A DNA stretch of 46,591 nucleotides from an uncultured Gemmatimonadaceae bacterium (GCA_964641215.1 CAZXKD010000003.1:1-46591); one strand, 5' to 3'. Shown: positions 25,320-33,893, counted from the stretch's first letter. A program made the numbers and translations. Notes: a model not told the origin generated them from the sequence alone.

Positions 25320-26636
25320 ATGGACACCGTCCTGCTCGACCAGTACACCACCCAGACCACCGCCCCGAACGGCGTCACCGTCCTGACCGAGCGGGTCGCC
25401 CATGTGCGCTCGGCGGCCCTGGGCATCTGGGTCCGCACGGCCAGCGCCCACGAGCCCCGCCCCAAAATGGGCGTCTCGCACCTGCTCGAGCACATGGTCT
25501 TCAAGGGGACCGAGCGGCGCACCGCCCAGCAGATCGCGCTCGAGCTGGAAGCGCGGGGCGGCTCGCTCGATGCCTACACCTCCCGCGACACCACCGCGTT
25601 CCAGGCGCGGGTCCTCGACGCGGACTTGCCGCGCGCGGTGGACGTGCTCACCGACATCGTGCGCCACCCGGTGCTCCGCGAGGCCGACCTCAGGCTCGAG
25701 CGCAACGTCGTCCTCGAGGAGATCAGCACCGTCGAAGACACCCCCGACGACTTGGTCTTCGACCTCTCATCGCAGGCGTTGTGGCCGGAGCACCCGTACG
25801 GCTTCTCCATTCTCGGCACGCGGGAAACGGTGAGCGCCCTTTCGACCGACGATCTGCGGCGGCTCCACGGGCGGGCCTACTATCCAGGCAACTGCGTCAT
25901 CGCGGCGGCGGGCAACCTGGAGCACACCCGGTTGCTCGAGCTGCTGGCGACCGAAGGGTGGTTTGCCGACGGGCGAGCCGGGCAGGGAACGGGGGAAGGC
26001 CCGCCGCCCAACCTGACCGCGCGCCCCGCCGAACGGGGGCGCGAGGCGCGGTTCGCCAAGGATACGATGCAGACCCATATCGTCGTCGCCACCGACGCGG
26101 TGCCGTTCGCGGATCGGCGCAAGTACGCGCTGATGGTGTTGTCCAATCTGCTGGGCGGCGGCATGTCGAGCCGGCTGTTCCAGCGCATCCGCGAGGAGCT
26201 GGGGCTCGCCTACGCGATCTATTCCTTCTCGTCCTTCTTCCGGCAGGTGGGGGTCGTCGGCACATACGTGGGGACGCAGCCGGCGACGGCGGCACAGGCA
26301 GTGGCCGCGATCCGCGACGAGTACGCGACGCTCGCCCGGGAGGGGCTGCAGGGCGCGGCGCTGCAGGAGGCCAAACAGCAGACGGCCGGGCAGCTGGTGC
26401 TGTCCCTGGAGAGTCCCACGGCGCGGATGTATCGTTTGGCGAGCCTCGCCGTCCACGGCGAGCCGTTCCACAGCCTGGACGACCTGGTCGCGGCGATCAC
26501 ATCGCTCGGCGCCGACGACCTCGCGGCCGTGGCTGCGGAATTCCTGGCTCCCGAGCGCCAGACAACCGTCTGGCTCGGGCCGCAGGCGGCCACGGGGGCC
26601 GGGCCGGGGAAGGGGGGCGGGGAGGGGCCGGCATGA
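25320..26636 (+). CDS. M16 family zinc peptidase (pitrilysin-like)
   Basis: The inverted zinc motif HLLEH is followed by MVFKGT. A pnp-adjacent M16 peptidase is a widespread arrangement. G-rich loops occur at 25971-25995 and at the C-terminus. Confidence 0.85.
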   Translation: MDTVLLDQYTTQTTAPNGVTVLTERVAHVRSAALGIWVRTASAHEPRPKMGVSHLLEHMVFKGTERRTAQQIALELEARGGSLDAYTSRDTTAFQARVLDADLPRAVDVLTDIVRHPVLREADLRLERNVVLEEISTVEDTPDDLVFDLSSQALWPEHPYGFSILGTRETVSALSTDDLRRLHGRAYYPGNCVIAAAGNLEHTRLLELLATEGWFADGRAGQGTGEGPPPNLTARPAERGREARFAKDTMQTHIVVATDAVPFADRRKYALMVLSNLLGGGMSSRLFQRIREELGLAYAIYSFSSFFRQVGVVGTYVGTQPATAAQAVAAIRDEYATLAREGLQGAALQEAKQQTAGQLVLSLESPTARMYRLASLAVHGEPFHSLDDLVAAITSLGADDLAAVAAEFLAPERQTTVWLGPQAATGAGPGKGGGEGPA

Positions 26637-27745
26637 TCGTCGGAGTCCCGAAGGAAATCAAGACCAATGAGAACCGGGTGGCGCTGGTGCCGGCCGGGGC
26701 CGAGTCGCTCGCCGGCGATGGGCATGCGGTGCTGGTAGAGCAGGGAGCCGGCCTTGGCAGTGGCTTCGCCGACGCCGCCTACGAGTCGGCCGGAGCGACG
26801 ATCGTGCCGCGGGCTGACGCGGTCTGGGCCAAAGGCGAGATGATTCTGAAGGTGAAGGAGCCGGTCGAGTCGGAATGGCCGTGTCTGCGCAAGGGCCAAG
26901 TGATCTTCACGTACTTCCACTTCGCCGCTTCCGAGCCCCTCACCCGGGCAGTGATCAAGTCGGGCGCCATCGCCATCGCCTATGAGACCGTGCAGCTGGC
27001 GAGCGGTGAGCTGCCCCTGCTCACACCGATGAGTGAGGTCGCCGGCCGCATGGCGGTGCAGGAGGGCGCCAAGTACCTGGAGAAAGTGTTCGGTGGCAGC
27101 GGCATCCTGCTGGGCGGCGTCCCGGGTGTGCTGCCAGCGGAGGTGCTGATCATCGGTGGCGGTGTGGTCGGCACGAATGCCGCCAAGATGGCCGCGGGCT
27201 TGGGCGCGCACGTGACCCTGCTCGACATCTCGCTCGATCGCCTGCGCTATCTCTCCGACGTCCTGCCGCCCAACGTGGACCTGCTCTATTCGAATCGCCA
27301 CAACATCCTCGACCAGCTCCGGAAGGCCGATCTGGTGATCGGCGCAGTTTTGCTCCCGGGGGCCAAAGCGCCCAATCTGGTGAAGCGCGCCGACCTGAAG
27401 CTCATGAAGCCGGGATCGGTGATCGTGGACGTGGCCGTGGACCAGGGCGGCTGCATCGAGACGATCAAACCTACGACCCATGAGAACCCCACTTACATCG
27501 TGGACGGTATCATTCACTACGCCGTCGCCAACATGCCCGGGGGCCTGCCGCGAACCTCGACCCTGGCGCTCACCAACGCCACGTTCCCCTATGCCAAGCG
27601 GCTCGGCAGACTGGGCTGGAAACGCGCCTGCAAAGAGGAACCCGCGCTGTTCCTCGGGCTCAACGTGATCGAGGGCAAGGTGGTCTACCCAGGCGTCGCG
27701 GAGGCCTTCGGGCTGCCGCTGGTGGATCCCAGGGCACTGGTCTAG
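26633..27745 (+). CDS. ald: alanine dehydrogenase
   Basis: ATGA overlap with the peptidase gene. [37 protein letters not shown] and the MPG..P.TST tail are present. Confidence 0.92.
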   Translation: MIVGVPKEIKTNENRVALVPAGAESLAGDGHAVLVEQGAGLGSGFADAAYESAGATIVPRADAVWAKGEMILKVKEPVESEWPCLRKGQVIFTYFHFAASEPLTRAVIKSGAIAIAYETVQLASGELPLLTPMSEVAGRMAVQEGAKYLEKVFGGSGILLGGVPGVLPAEVLIIGGGVVGTNAAKMAAGLGAHVTLLDISLDRLRYLSDVLPPNVDLLYSNRHNILDQLRKADLVIGAVLLPGAKAPNLVKRADLKLMKPGSVIVDVAVDQGGCIETIKPTTHENPTYIVDGIIHYAVANMPGGLPRTSTLALTNATFPYAKRLGRLGWKRACKEEPALFLGLNVIEGKVVYPGVAEAFGLPLVDPRALV

Positions 27746-27750
27746 AACGA

Positions 27751-28575
27751 ATGGGGAATGGGGGATGGGGAACCGGGAATGGGCGATCCTGCCCACCCGT
27801 GCTCTGCTATCACCGCGTGGGCGGTCCGCTCGAGCTCGGTGTGACCCGCGTCGCCCGGTCGGTGTTCGAGCGCCAGATGACGGCGCTCGCCAGGTCGGGT
27901 TGGTGGACGCTGACGCTCGATGAGTTCGGGGAAGCACTCCAGGCCCGCCACTCCGCACTCCGCAATCCGCAATCCGCATTCTTGTTGACCTTCGACGACG
28001 GCTACTCCGACCTGACCGAGCATGCCTACCCGCTGCTGGCGGGCCTCGGGTTCACGGCCACGACGTTTGTCGTGACGGATTTTGTCGGCCGCGCCAACAC
28101 CTGGGATGTGCGCTACACGTGGCACCGGCTGCGTCACCTGGATTGGCACGCCATCGAGCGCTGGCAGGCCCGGGGCTTCTCTTTCGCTTCCCACGGGGCG
28201 AGCCACGCGCGGCTCACCTGGCTCTCGGACGCCGCAGTCGTGCAGGAGCTGGGGAGCTCGCGAGAGACCCTGAGGAGTCGACTGGGGGCCGGTGCGGCTC
28301 GCGCGGTCGCGTATCCGTTCGGCGCAGTGGACGCCCGGGTGCTCCGGCTGGCCCGGGCCGTGGGATACGAGATGGGGTTCGGCGGTGTGCGGGGAACCAG
28401 GGGGAACCTGTTGCATGTGGCGAGGGTCCCTGTCTACATGTGGGACCTGGGAGACGTGCCCTTTGGGCTGCGGAACGACCCGCTCAGCACTCTGGGGCGG
28501 CTCGTCGCCGGTGCCGCCAACCGGTGCTCAGTGGGGTCAAGCGTCCTGAAGAGACTGGTGAGCGGTGCGCGGTGA
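27751..28575 (+). CDS. polysaccharide deacetylase (NodB-homology domain)
   Basis: VLCYHRV, LLTFDDGY.D and the H..L motifs are present. The start is ambiguous. ATG 27751 would translate a heptamer array (MGNGGWGTGNG). GTG 27799 (VLCYHRV) is an alternative. Confidence 0.75.
   Translation: MGNGGWGTGNGRSCPPVLCYHRVGGPLELGVTRVARSVFERQMTALARSGWWTLTLDEFGEALQARHSALRNPQSAFLLTFDDGYSDLTEHAYPLLAGLGFTATTFVVTDFVGRANTWDVRYTWHRLRHLDWHAIERWQARGFSFASHGASHARLTWLSDAAVVQELGSSRETLRSRLGAGAARAVAYPFGAVDARVLRLARAVGYEMGFGGVRGTRGNLLHVARVPVYMWDLGDVPFGLRNDPLSTLGRLVAGAANRCSVGSSVLKRLVSGAR
27753..27787 (+). repeat. heptamer tandem array (GGGGAAY-like) x5
   Basis: The array reads ggggaat gggggat ggggaac cgggaat gggcgat, immediately after the ald stop. 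Confidence 0.85.
27949..27976 (+). repeat. heptamer tandem array (CAMTCCG)x4 inside the deacetylase ORF
   Basis: The array reads cactccg cactccg caatccg caatccg (+cat) and encodes RHSALRNPQSA. Confidence 0.9.
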
Positions 28576-28612
28576 GCAGTGGGCGGGAAAGCAGTACCGC
28601 GCACCGCTCACC
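28557..28612. terminator. 17-bp perfect inverted repeat between convergent genes (bidirectional terminator candidate)
   Basis: ggtgagcggtgcgcggt (28557-73) pairs with accgcgcaccgctcacc (28596-612) around a 22-nt loop. It spans the deacetylase stop and ends 3 nt from the fabI stop. Confidence 0.6.
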
Positions 28613-28614
28613 GC

Positions 28615-29523
28615 TTACCCTCCGAGCCCCTCTCCCACTGCGACCGCCATCCCCATGGCGTGGTAGCCTTTGTCCACGTAGATCGTCGAGCCCGTGATGC
28701 CGCTCGCCAGCGGGCTGAGCAGGAATGCGGCCGCCATCGCGACCTCATTCGCGACCAGCTCCTGGGCCAGGGGGGCGTTGGCGGCGTAGTACTTCACCAT
28801 CTTGTCGATGCCGCCGATCGCGCTCGCGGCGCGGGAAGCGAGCGGTCCGGCGGAGATCGTGTTGACCCGGATGCCGAACTTGCGGCCCGCCTCGTAGGCC
28901 AGGGTTCGCGTATCGCTCTCCAAGGCCGCCTTGGCTGACGACATGCCGCCTCCGTAGCCGGGGACGACGCGCTCGCTCGCCATGTAGGTGAGCGAGATGA
29001 AGGCGCCGCCGGATCGCATCAAAGGGCCCAGGCGGGCCACCATCGACACGAGAGAGTAGGCGCTCACGCTCACCGCGGCGAGATACCCGGGGCGGCTGGT
29101 ATCGAGCAGCGGTTTTTTCACTTCGGGGCCATTGGCGAGCGAATGGACGACGATATCGAGCGGGGTGTCCCCGAAATCCTGCACCAGGCGCTGGCGCAAT
29201 CCTGCCACCGAGAAATCCCCCACGTCCTTGTAACGTTTATTGGCGCGAATCTCCTCGGGGGCGTCGACGAGGGTGTCATAGGCCGCGTCCAGCGGGTAGA
29301 TCTTCTCAAACGTGAGTAGCGAGCCGTCCGCCAGTGACCGAGCGTCGTCGATTTTGCCGCGCTCGAGCAGGTTCAGGAAGATGTTCAGCGCCGGCGGCCA
29401 GGTGCCGGTGCACACCGTCGCGCCGGCCTGGGCCAGCGCCTTGGCGATGGCAAACCCGTAGCCGGCGTCGTCGGCCACGCCTGCGACGAGGGCTCGCTTG
29501 CCGCGTAAGTCAATACTCAACAT
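28615..29523 (-). CDS. fabI: enoyl-[acyl-carrier-protein] reductase (NADH), long plant/chlamydia-like form
   Basis: [99 protein letters not shown] and ITG.TIYVD are present. Confidence 0.9.
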   Translation of the reverse strand: MLSIDLRGKRALVAGVADDAGYGFAIAKALAQAGATVCTGTWPPALNIFLNLLERGKIDDARSLADGSLLTFEKIYPLDAAYDTLVDAPEEIRANKRYKDVGDFSVAGLRQRLVQDFGDTPLDIVVHSLANGPEVKKPLLDTSRPGYLAAVSVSAYSLVSMVARLGPLMRSGGAFISLTYMASERVVPGYGGGMSSAKAALESDTRTLAYEAGRKFGIRVNTISAGPLASRAASAIGGIDKMVKYYAANAPLAQELVANEVAMAAAFLLSPLASGITGSTIYVDKGYHAMGMAVAVGEGLGG

Positions 29524-29547
29524 TGCGCTCTACTCCCCGGGCGTGAC

Positions 29548-29612
29548 GGGCCGTCAGCCTGCAGCCTTCAGCCGTCAGTGACTGATGGCTGAACGCTGAT
29601 AGCCGATGGCTC
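29548..29612 (+). repeat. long imperfect hairpin of inverted heptamer arrays (GCCNTCA)4 / (TGANNGC)4
   Basis: The centre is cag-tga-ctg at 29576-29584. About 26 of 32 positions pair, including 3 G:U pairs valid only in + strand RNA. It shares cagccgtcagtg and ctgatggctga with the 14321..14382 hairpin. It overlaps the GGR stop codon. Confidence 0.65.
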
Positions 29613-30786
29613 ACAAGAAGAATCTCGCCGCCACCGGAATCAGCTGCGGGTGTCTCACCAACGCGTGGGCGAAGATCCGGCCCAAGGTGCGCTTCTCCTG
29701 CGGAATCCGGTTCATGGTGCGCGCGAGCCCGTTGAAGAAGTCGTCCTTGAGAGGCTCGAGGGCCTGCTTGATGCGATAGTACTTGAGGTGATCCTCGCCC
29801 AGGAGTTCCATCCAAGCGCGGTGGTAGGGTGCCAGACGGTGCTCGCTGGTATCTCCTTCGCGGATGGCGGCGGCGGCGGTGCGGCCGGCGAGGCGTCCTG
29901 CTTTCATAGCGTTGACGATGCCGCCGCCTGAGAGCGGATTGATCATATGCGCCGCGTCTCCAACGAGGAGCACGCCGTCGGCATAGGTCTTCTTGACGGT
30001 GGTGTGGAGGATGACGCCGCCCACCGTGTAGCCGACACGCGCCGCGCGGGGGTAACGCCTGGCGATCCATTCATCCAGGTACTCCCGCGCGTTGCGGCCG
30101 TCGCTTTTCAGCGCCACCAGGCCGAGCCCGACGTTTGCGACTCCGAGGCCTTTGGGGAACACCCAGGCGTAGCCGCCCGGCGCTACGCGCTCGCCCCACT
30201 GGATGTAGATCGCGTCGGGGTCGGCGTCGATGCCCTGGACTACGTACTGGGCGCAGGACTCCATATCGCGGGCCGGCACCCGGGTGTCGAGCCCTGCCCA
30301 CCGGCCCACCATCGCCTCCACCCCGTCTGCGCCGATGACGACCCGAGCGCGGACGGTCTCCTCGGCGCCGGCCCCGTGCAGCCGCACGTGCCAGCGGCCG
30401 TCGGGACAGCGTTGCATCCCCGTCGCCTCGATGCCGACGCGGAGGTCGGCGCCGGCGGCGACGGCCTGCGCGGCGAGGTGCGCGTCGAACCGCGTGCGGT
30501 CGAGGATCCAGCCCACGTCGTGCTCGGCCACTCTCACTTCGGTCTCGTCGGGGGCGACGAAGATCACCCGCGTGATCTTACGGGCGACCCAGGGCGCCCC
30601 TTCCGGGTCCGCGAACTCCCGCAACCCTGCGTCGCCCACCCCCTCCGCGCAGCGTACGGGGGCGCCGACTGCCCGGTCCCGCTCGATCAGCAAGACATCG
30701 AGCTCGGGGGCCGCTTGTTTGGCCTCCGATGCCGCCACCGCCCCCCCGGGGCCTGCGCCGACCACGAGGACGTCGAGGTCCTGCAT
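29611..30786 (-). CDS. geranylgeranyl reductase family flavoprotein
   Basis: ATG at 30786 shares one nt with the ferredoxin TGA. FAD motif VVGAGPGGAVAA is present, with PVRCAEG (Cys), RTRFDAHL, GGYAWVFPKG (YxWxFP) and LLVGDAAHMINPLSGGGI. These are the hallmark motifs of archaeal-type GGR (TIGR02032-like). Confidence 0.85.
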   Translation of the reverse strand: MQDLDVLVVGAGPGGAVAASEAKQAAPELDVLLIERDRAVGAPVRCAEGVGDAGLREFADPEGAPWVARKITRVIFVAPDETEVRVAEHDVGWILDRTRFDAHLAAQAVAAGADLRVGIEATGMQRCPDGRWHVRLHGAGAEETVRARVVIGADGVEAMVGRWAGLDTRVPARDMESCAQYVVQGIDADPDAIYIQWGERVAPGGYAWVFPKGLGVANVGLGLVALKSDGRNAREYLDEWIARRYPRAARVGYTVGGVILHTTVKKTYADGVLLVGDAAHMINPLSGGGIVNAMKAGRLAGRTAAAAIREGDTSEHRLAPYHRAWMELLGEDHLKYYRIKQALEPLKDDFFNGLARTMNRIPQEKRTLGRIFAHALVRHPQLIPVAARFFL

Positions 30787-30986
30787 CAGGCGGCCACCAT
30801 AGCGAGGGCTCCCACCGGGCAGGGAGCGATGCACTTGCGGCACCCGGTGCACGTCCCCCGATCGATCACCAGATCGTTCAGGTCGAGGTGGATCGCCTCC
30901 GGAGGGCACAGCGGCAGGCAGAGGCCACAGCGGTCGCAGCTGGTGAGATCCACGACGGCCACTTCACTGGCCCGGGTTGGCGGCAT
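30786..30986 (-). CDS. small 2x[4Fe-4S] ferredoxin (66 aa)
   Basis: This is the 3' part of track ORF 30786..31388, starting from ATG at 30986. It has two cluster motifs, CDRCGLCLPLCP and CTGCRKCIAPCP. Confidence 0.8.
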   Translation of the reverse strand: MPPTRASEVAVVDLTSCDRCGLCLPLCPPEAIHLDLNDLVIDRGTCTGCRKCIAPCPVGALAMVAA

Positions 30987-31031
30987 GCGCGGAAGCCTAG
31001 TGTCCGCCGGGAATGACGTCAAGCTTCGAGC

Positions 31032-31060
31032 TTGTTTGCAGTTACGCGTCCCGGTAGGTT
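31032..31060 (+). promoter_or_regulatory. weak candidate promoter for the M28 peptidase gene
   Basis: TTGTTT, a 17-nt spacer, then TAGGTT (31055-60). The same -10 hexamer occurs in the candidate upstream of mreB. Confidence 0.25.
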
Positions 31061-31103
31061 TGGAGTCCTGGCCGTGGTTGGCTCTCACCCTAGCGGAGTT
31101 AGC

Positions 31104-32756
31104 GTGATCCGCAAAGCGCTGCTTCTCACCCTCACTCTCTCGCTCCCGACCCTTGCTCGAGCGCAGTCCCTCCTCCCGGCGGTGAGTCCCGAGTCGTTGC
31201 GTGTTCATCTGTTCGCGCTCGCCGCGGACTCGATGGGCGGTCGCCAGACCGGCGAGCTCGGCGACTGGAAGGCCCAGGAGTGGGTTGCGGCCCAGTTCCG
31301 CAGCGCCGGCCTCCAGCCCGCAGGGGAGGGCGGGACCTACTTTCAGGTCATTCCCTTCCAGCGTGTCTTTGCGGACACCGCTACTCACATCCGCACCGCC
31401 ACGCTGGCCTTCGCGATCGGGCGGGACGTGGTGCCGCTCGGCTCACCGGTGTCCTGGTCCCTCGATGGCGTGCGCGCGGTGTTCGCGGGCTCGCTCGATC
31501 GCCCGGATTCCTGGATCGATTCGGTCGCCGCGCTCGGCCGGCTGCTCGTGCTCAGCGTGCCAGATTCCATGCGCGACCTCCGGAGCCTCGGGTCGTTGCT
31601 GGCGCGGCTGCGGCAATCGCCGATCTATCGGGCGTGCAAGGGGGTGGGGATCCCGGCGCTGGACCGGGTCGCGCCGGATCTCATCCCGCAGCTGCTGGCC
31701 GGCAGGATCACGACTGACACGGTGATTCCCGCTCCGCCGGGCTTCCGCCCGTTGCTCCTGACGACGGTCGCCGCTGCGCGCGCGCTGCTCGGCGTCGACC
31801 CCGCTGCCGCCGCGGTGAGCGCACTCGGGGGCCCGCTCACAGGCGGAGTGCGCTACGCGCGGGCGCCGCTCGCCTTTGCCGCCCGCAACGTGATCGCTGT
31901 CCTGCCCGGGAGCGACCCGACTATGCGCCATTCGTACGTCGCGATCAGCGCCCACCACGACCACGTCGGCTTCACAGGGCGTCCGGTGGACCACGACTCG
32001 ACCTTCGCGTACAATCGGGTGGTGCGCCCGATGGGGGCCGATTCCCCGATGCGTCCGGCGACGCCCGCCGAGGCCGCCCGCATCGCGGCCATCCGGGACA
32101 GCCTGCGCGGCCTTCGGCCTTCCCGGCCCGACTCTGTCTTCAACGGCGCGGACGACGACGGATCGGGGACGGTCGGCCTCGTGGCGATCGCCCGCGCGCT
32201 GTCGGGGGCGCGTCCACGGCGATCCATCCTCCTGGTGTCCCATGCGGCGGAGGAGCGGGGGCTGCTGGGCTCCGCGTGGTTCACGGACCACCCGACCGTA
32301 CCTCAAGATTCGCTGGTTGCCGAGATCGACATGGACATGATCGGGCGCGGTGGCGCCACGGACCTTCCCAAGGGGGGACCGGCCTACCTCGAGGTGGTCG
32401 GGGCGAAACGGCTCTCCCGGGAGTTCGGCGAGCTGTTGGAGCGCGTGAACGCCGGGCAGCCGGCGCCGTTCTTGTTCAACTATGAATTCGACGTGCCAGG
32501 TCACCCGCTGCAGTACTACTGTCGCGCGGACCACTACAGCTACGCCCGCTACGGCATCCCCTCGGTCTCCCTGTCGCGGGGGGAGCACGCCGACTATCAC
32601 CAGGTGACGGACGAGCCACAGTACATCGATTATCAGGCCCTGGCGCGGGTGACGACGCTGGTGCGGGACTTTGCCCGGGCGGTGGCCGATCTCGACCACC
32701 GGCCGGCGCTCGACGGACCCCGGCCCGCGGATCCACACGCGCAGTGCCGGCAGTAA
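31104..32756 (+). CDS. M28 family aminopeptidase (secreted)
   Basis: GTG 31104 is preceded by ggag (31095-98). The signal peptide is IRKALLLTLTLSLPTLARAQS. The metal-ligand region HHDH.G, GADDDGSGTVGLVAIARAL and SHAAEERGLLGS are present. Confidence 0.82.
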   Translation: MIRKALLLTLTLSLPTLARAQSLLPAVSPESLRVHLFALAADSMGGRQTGELGDWKAQEWVAAQFRSAGLQPAGEGGTYFQVIPFQRVFADTATHIRTATLAFAIGRDVVPLGSPVSWSLDGVRAVFAGSLDRPDSWIDSVAALGRLLVLSVPDSMRDLRSLGSLLARLRQSPIYRACKGVGIPALDRVAPDLIPQLLAGRITTDTVIPAPPGFRPLLLTTVAAARALLGVDPAAAAVSALGGPLTGGVRYARAPLAFAARNVIAVLPGSDPTMRHSYVAISAHHDHVGFTGRPVDHDSTFAYNRVVRPMGADSPMRPATPAEAARIAAIRDSLRGLRPSRPDSVFNGADDDGSGTVGLVAIARALSGARPRRSILLVSHAAEERGLLGSAWFTDHPTVPQDSLVAEIDMDMIGRGGATDLPKGGPAYLEVVGAKRLSREFGELLERVNAGQPAPFLFNYEFDVPGHPLQYYCRADHYSYARYGIPSVSLSRGEHADYHQVTDEPQYIDYQALARVTTLVRDFARAVADLDHRPALDGPRPADPHAQCRQ

Positions 32757-32775
32757 GGCGGGCGCGCCATCCGGC

Positions 32776-32804
32776 TTGTTAGGGGTTCGGCTTTTCATTA
32801 GGTT
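32776..32804 (+). promoter_or_regulatory. candidate promoter for the mre operon
   Basis: TTGTTA (32776-81), a 17-nt spacer, then TAGGTT (32799-804). It lies 45 nt upstream of the mreB GTG. Confidence 0.3.
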
Positions 32805-32849
32805 GAGTCGCCCGTGCTGCGCCCGCCCCACTCTTTCACCTGACGACAC

Positions 32850-33893
32850 GTGCCACTACGCTGGCCGAATTGGCGAATCGGTGCCTGGAGTCCTGCGAAC
32901 GAGATCGCTGTGGATCTCGGCACCGCCAATACGCTCGTCTACGTCCGCGGTGAAGGCATCGTGCTCAACGAGCCCTCGGTGGTGGCGATCGAAAAAGCCA
33001 CCGGCAAGATCAAGGGCATCGGGCTGGAAGCGAAGCGCATGTTGGGACGGACGCCCGACGGCATTCTGGCGGTGCGACCCCTGAAGGACGGCGTCATCGC
33101 CGACTTCGACGTGACCGAGAAGATGCTGCGCTTCTTCCTCAAGACGATCATCGACCGCCATCTGTTCCGCGTCAAGCCGAAGGTCATCGTCTGCGTGCCG
33201 AGCGGCATCACCGAGGTGGAGAAGCGGGCGGTGCGGGATTCGGCGCAGTCGGCGGGGGCCAAAGAGGTCTACATGGTGGCCGAGCCGATGGCGGCCGCCA
33301 TCGGCGTGGGGCTCCCCGTCGAGACGCCGACCGGGAACATGGTGATCGACATCGGGGGCGGCACGACCGAGATCGCGGTGATCGCGCTCTCCGGGATCGT
33401 GTCCGACACGTCGATCCGCACGGGTGGCGACGAGCTCGATCAAGCGATCGTGCAGTTCATGCGCAAGAACTACAACCTCCTCATCGGCGAGCCGACGGCC
33501 GAGCAGATCAAGATCCAGATCGGCTCCGCGGCGCCGGTGGGCGAGGAGCGGGAGATGGAGGTGAAGGGGCGCGACCTCGTGTCGGGGATTCCCAAGATCG
33601 TGCGCGTCCACTCGAGCGAGATCCGGGAGGCGGTTCAGGAGCCGATCCAGCAGATCGTGGACGCGGTGCGGCGCGCCCTGGAAATCACGCCGCCCGAGCT
33701 CGCGAGCGATATCGTCGACCGCGGCATCGTGATGACCGGGGGCGGCGCGTTGATCCGCGGGCTCGACGTGCTCCTGCAGCAGGAGACCGGCCTGCCGATC
33801 CATCTCGACGAGGACCCGATGACCTGCGTGGTCCGCGGGACCGGCCGGATCCTCGATGATCCGGAGAAATACCGCAACGTCCTGACCACGTAG
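32850..33893 (+). CDS. mreB: rod shape-determining protein MreB
   Basis: IAVDLGTANTLVYV.G.GIVLNEPSVVA, VICVPSG.T.VE.RA, DIGGGTTE.AV and GIVMTGGGALIRGLD are present. Confidence 0.93.
   Translation: MPLRWPNWRIGAWSPANEIAVDLGTANTLVYVRGEGIVLNEPSVVAIEKATGKIKGIGLEAKRMLGRTPDGILAVRPLKDGVIADFDVTEKMLRFFLKTIIDRHLFRVKPKVIVCVPSGITEVEKRAVRDSAQSAGAKEVYMVAEPMAAAIGVGLPVETPTGNMVIDIGGGTTEIAVIALSGIVSDTSIRTGGDELDQAIVQFMRKNYNLLIGEPTAEQIKIQIGSAAPVGEEREMEVKGRDLVSGIPKIVRVHSSEIREAVQEPIQQIVDAVRRALEITPPELASDIVDRGIVMTGGGALIRGLDVLLQQETGLPIHLDEDPMTCVVRGTGRILDDPEKYRNVLTT

Noticed and set aside
3873-27979. I considered whether the short tandem arrays could be CRISPR arrays or minisatellite-type contingency loci.
   Set aside because: The units are 7-8 nt and directly abutting, with no spacers and no cas genes, so they are not CRISPR. 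They are kept as a repeat-family finding rather than as CRISPR.
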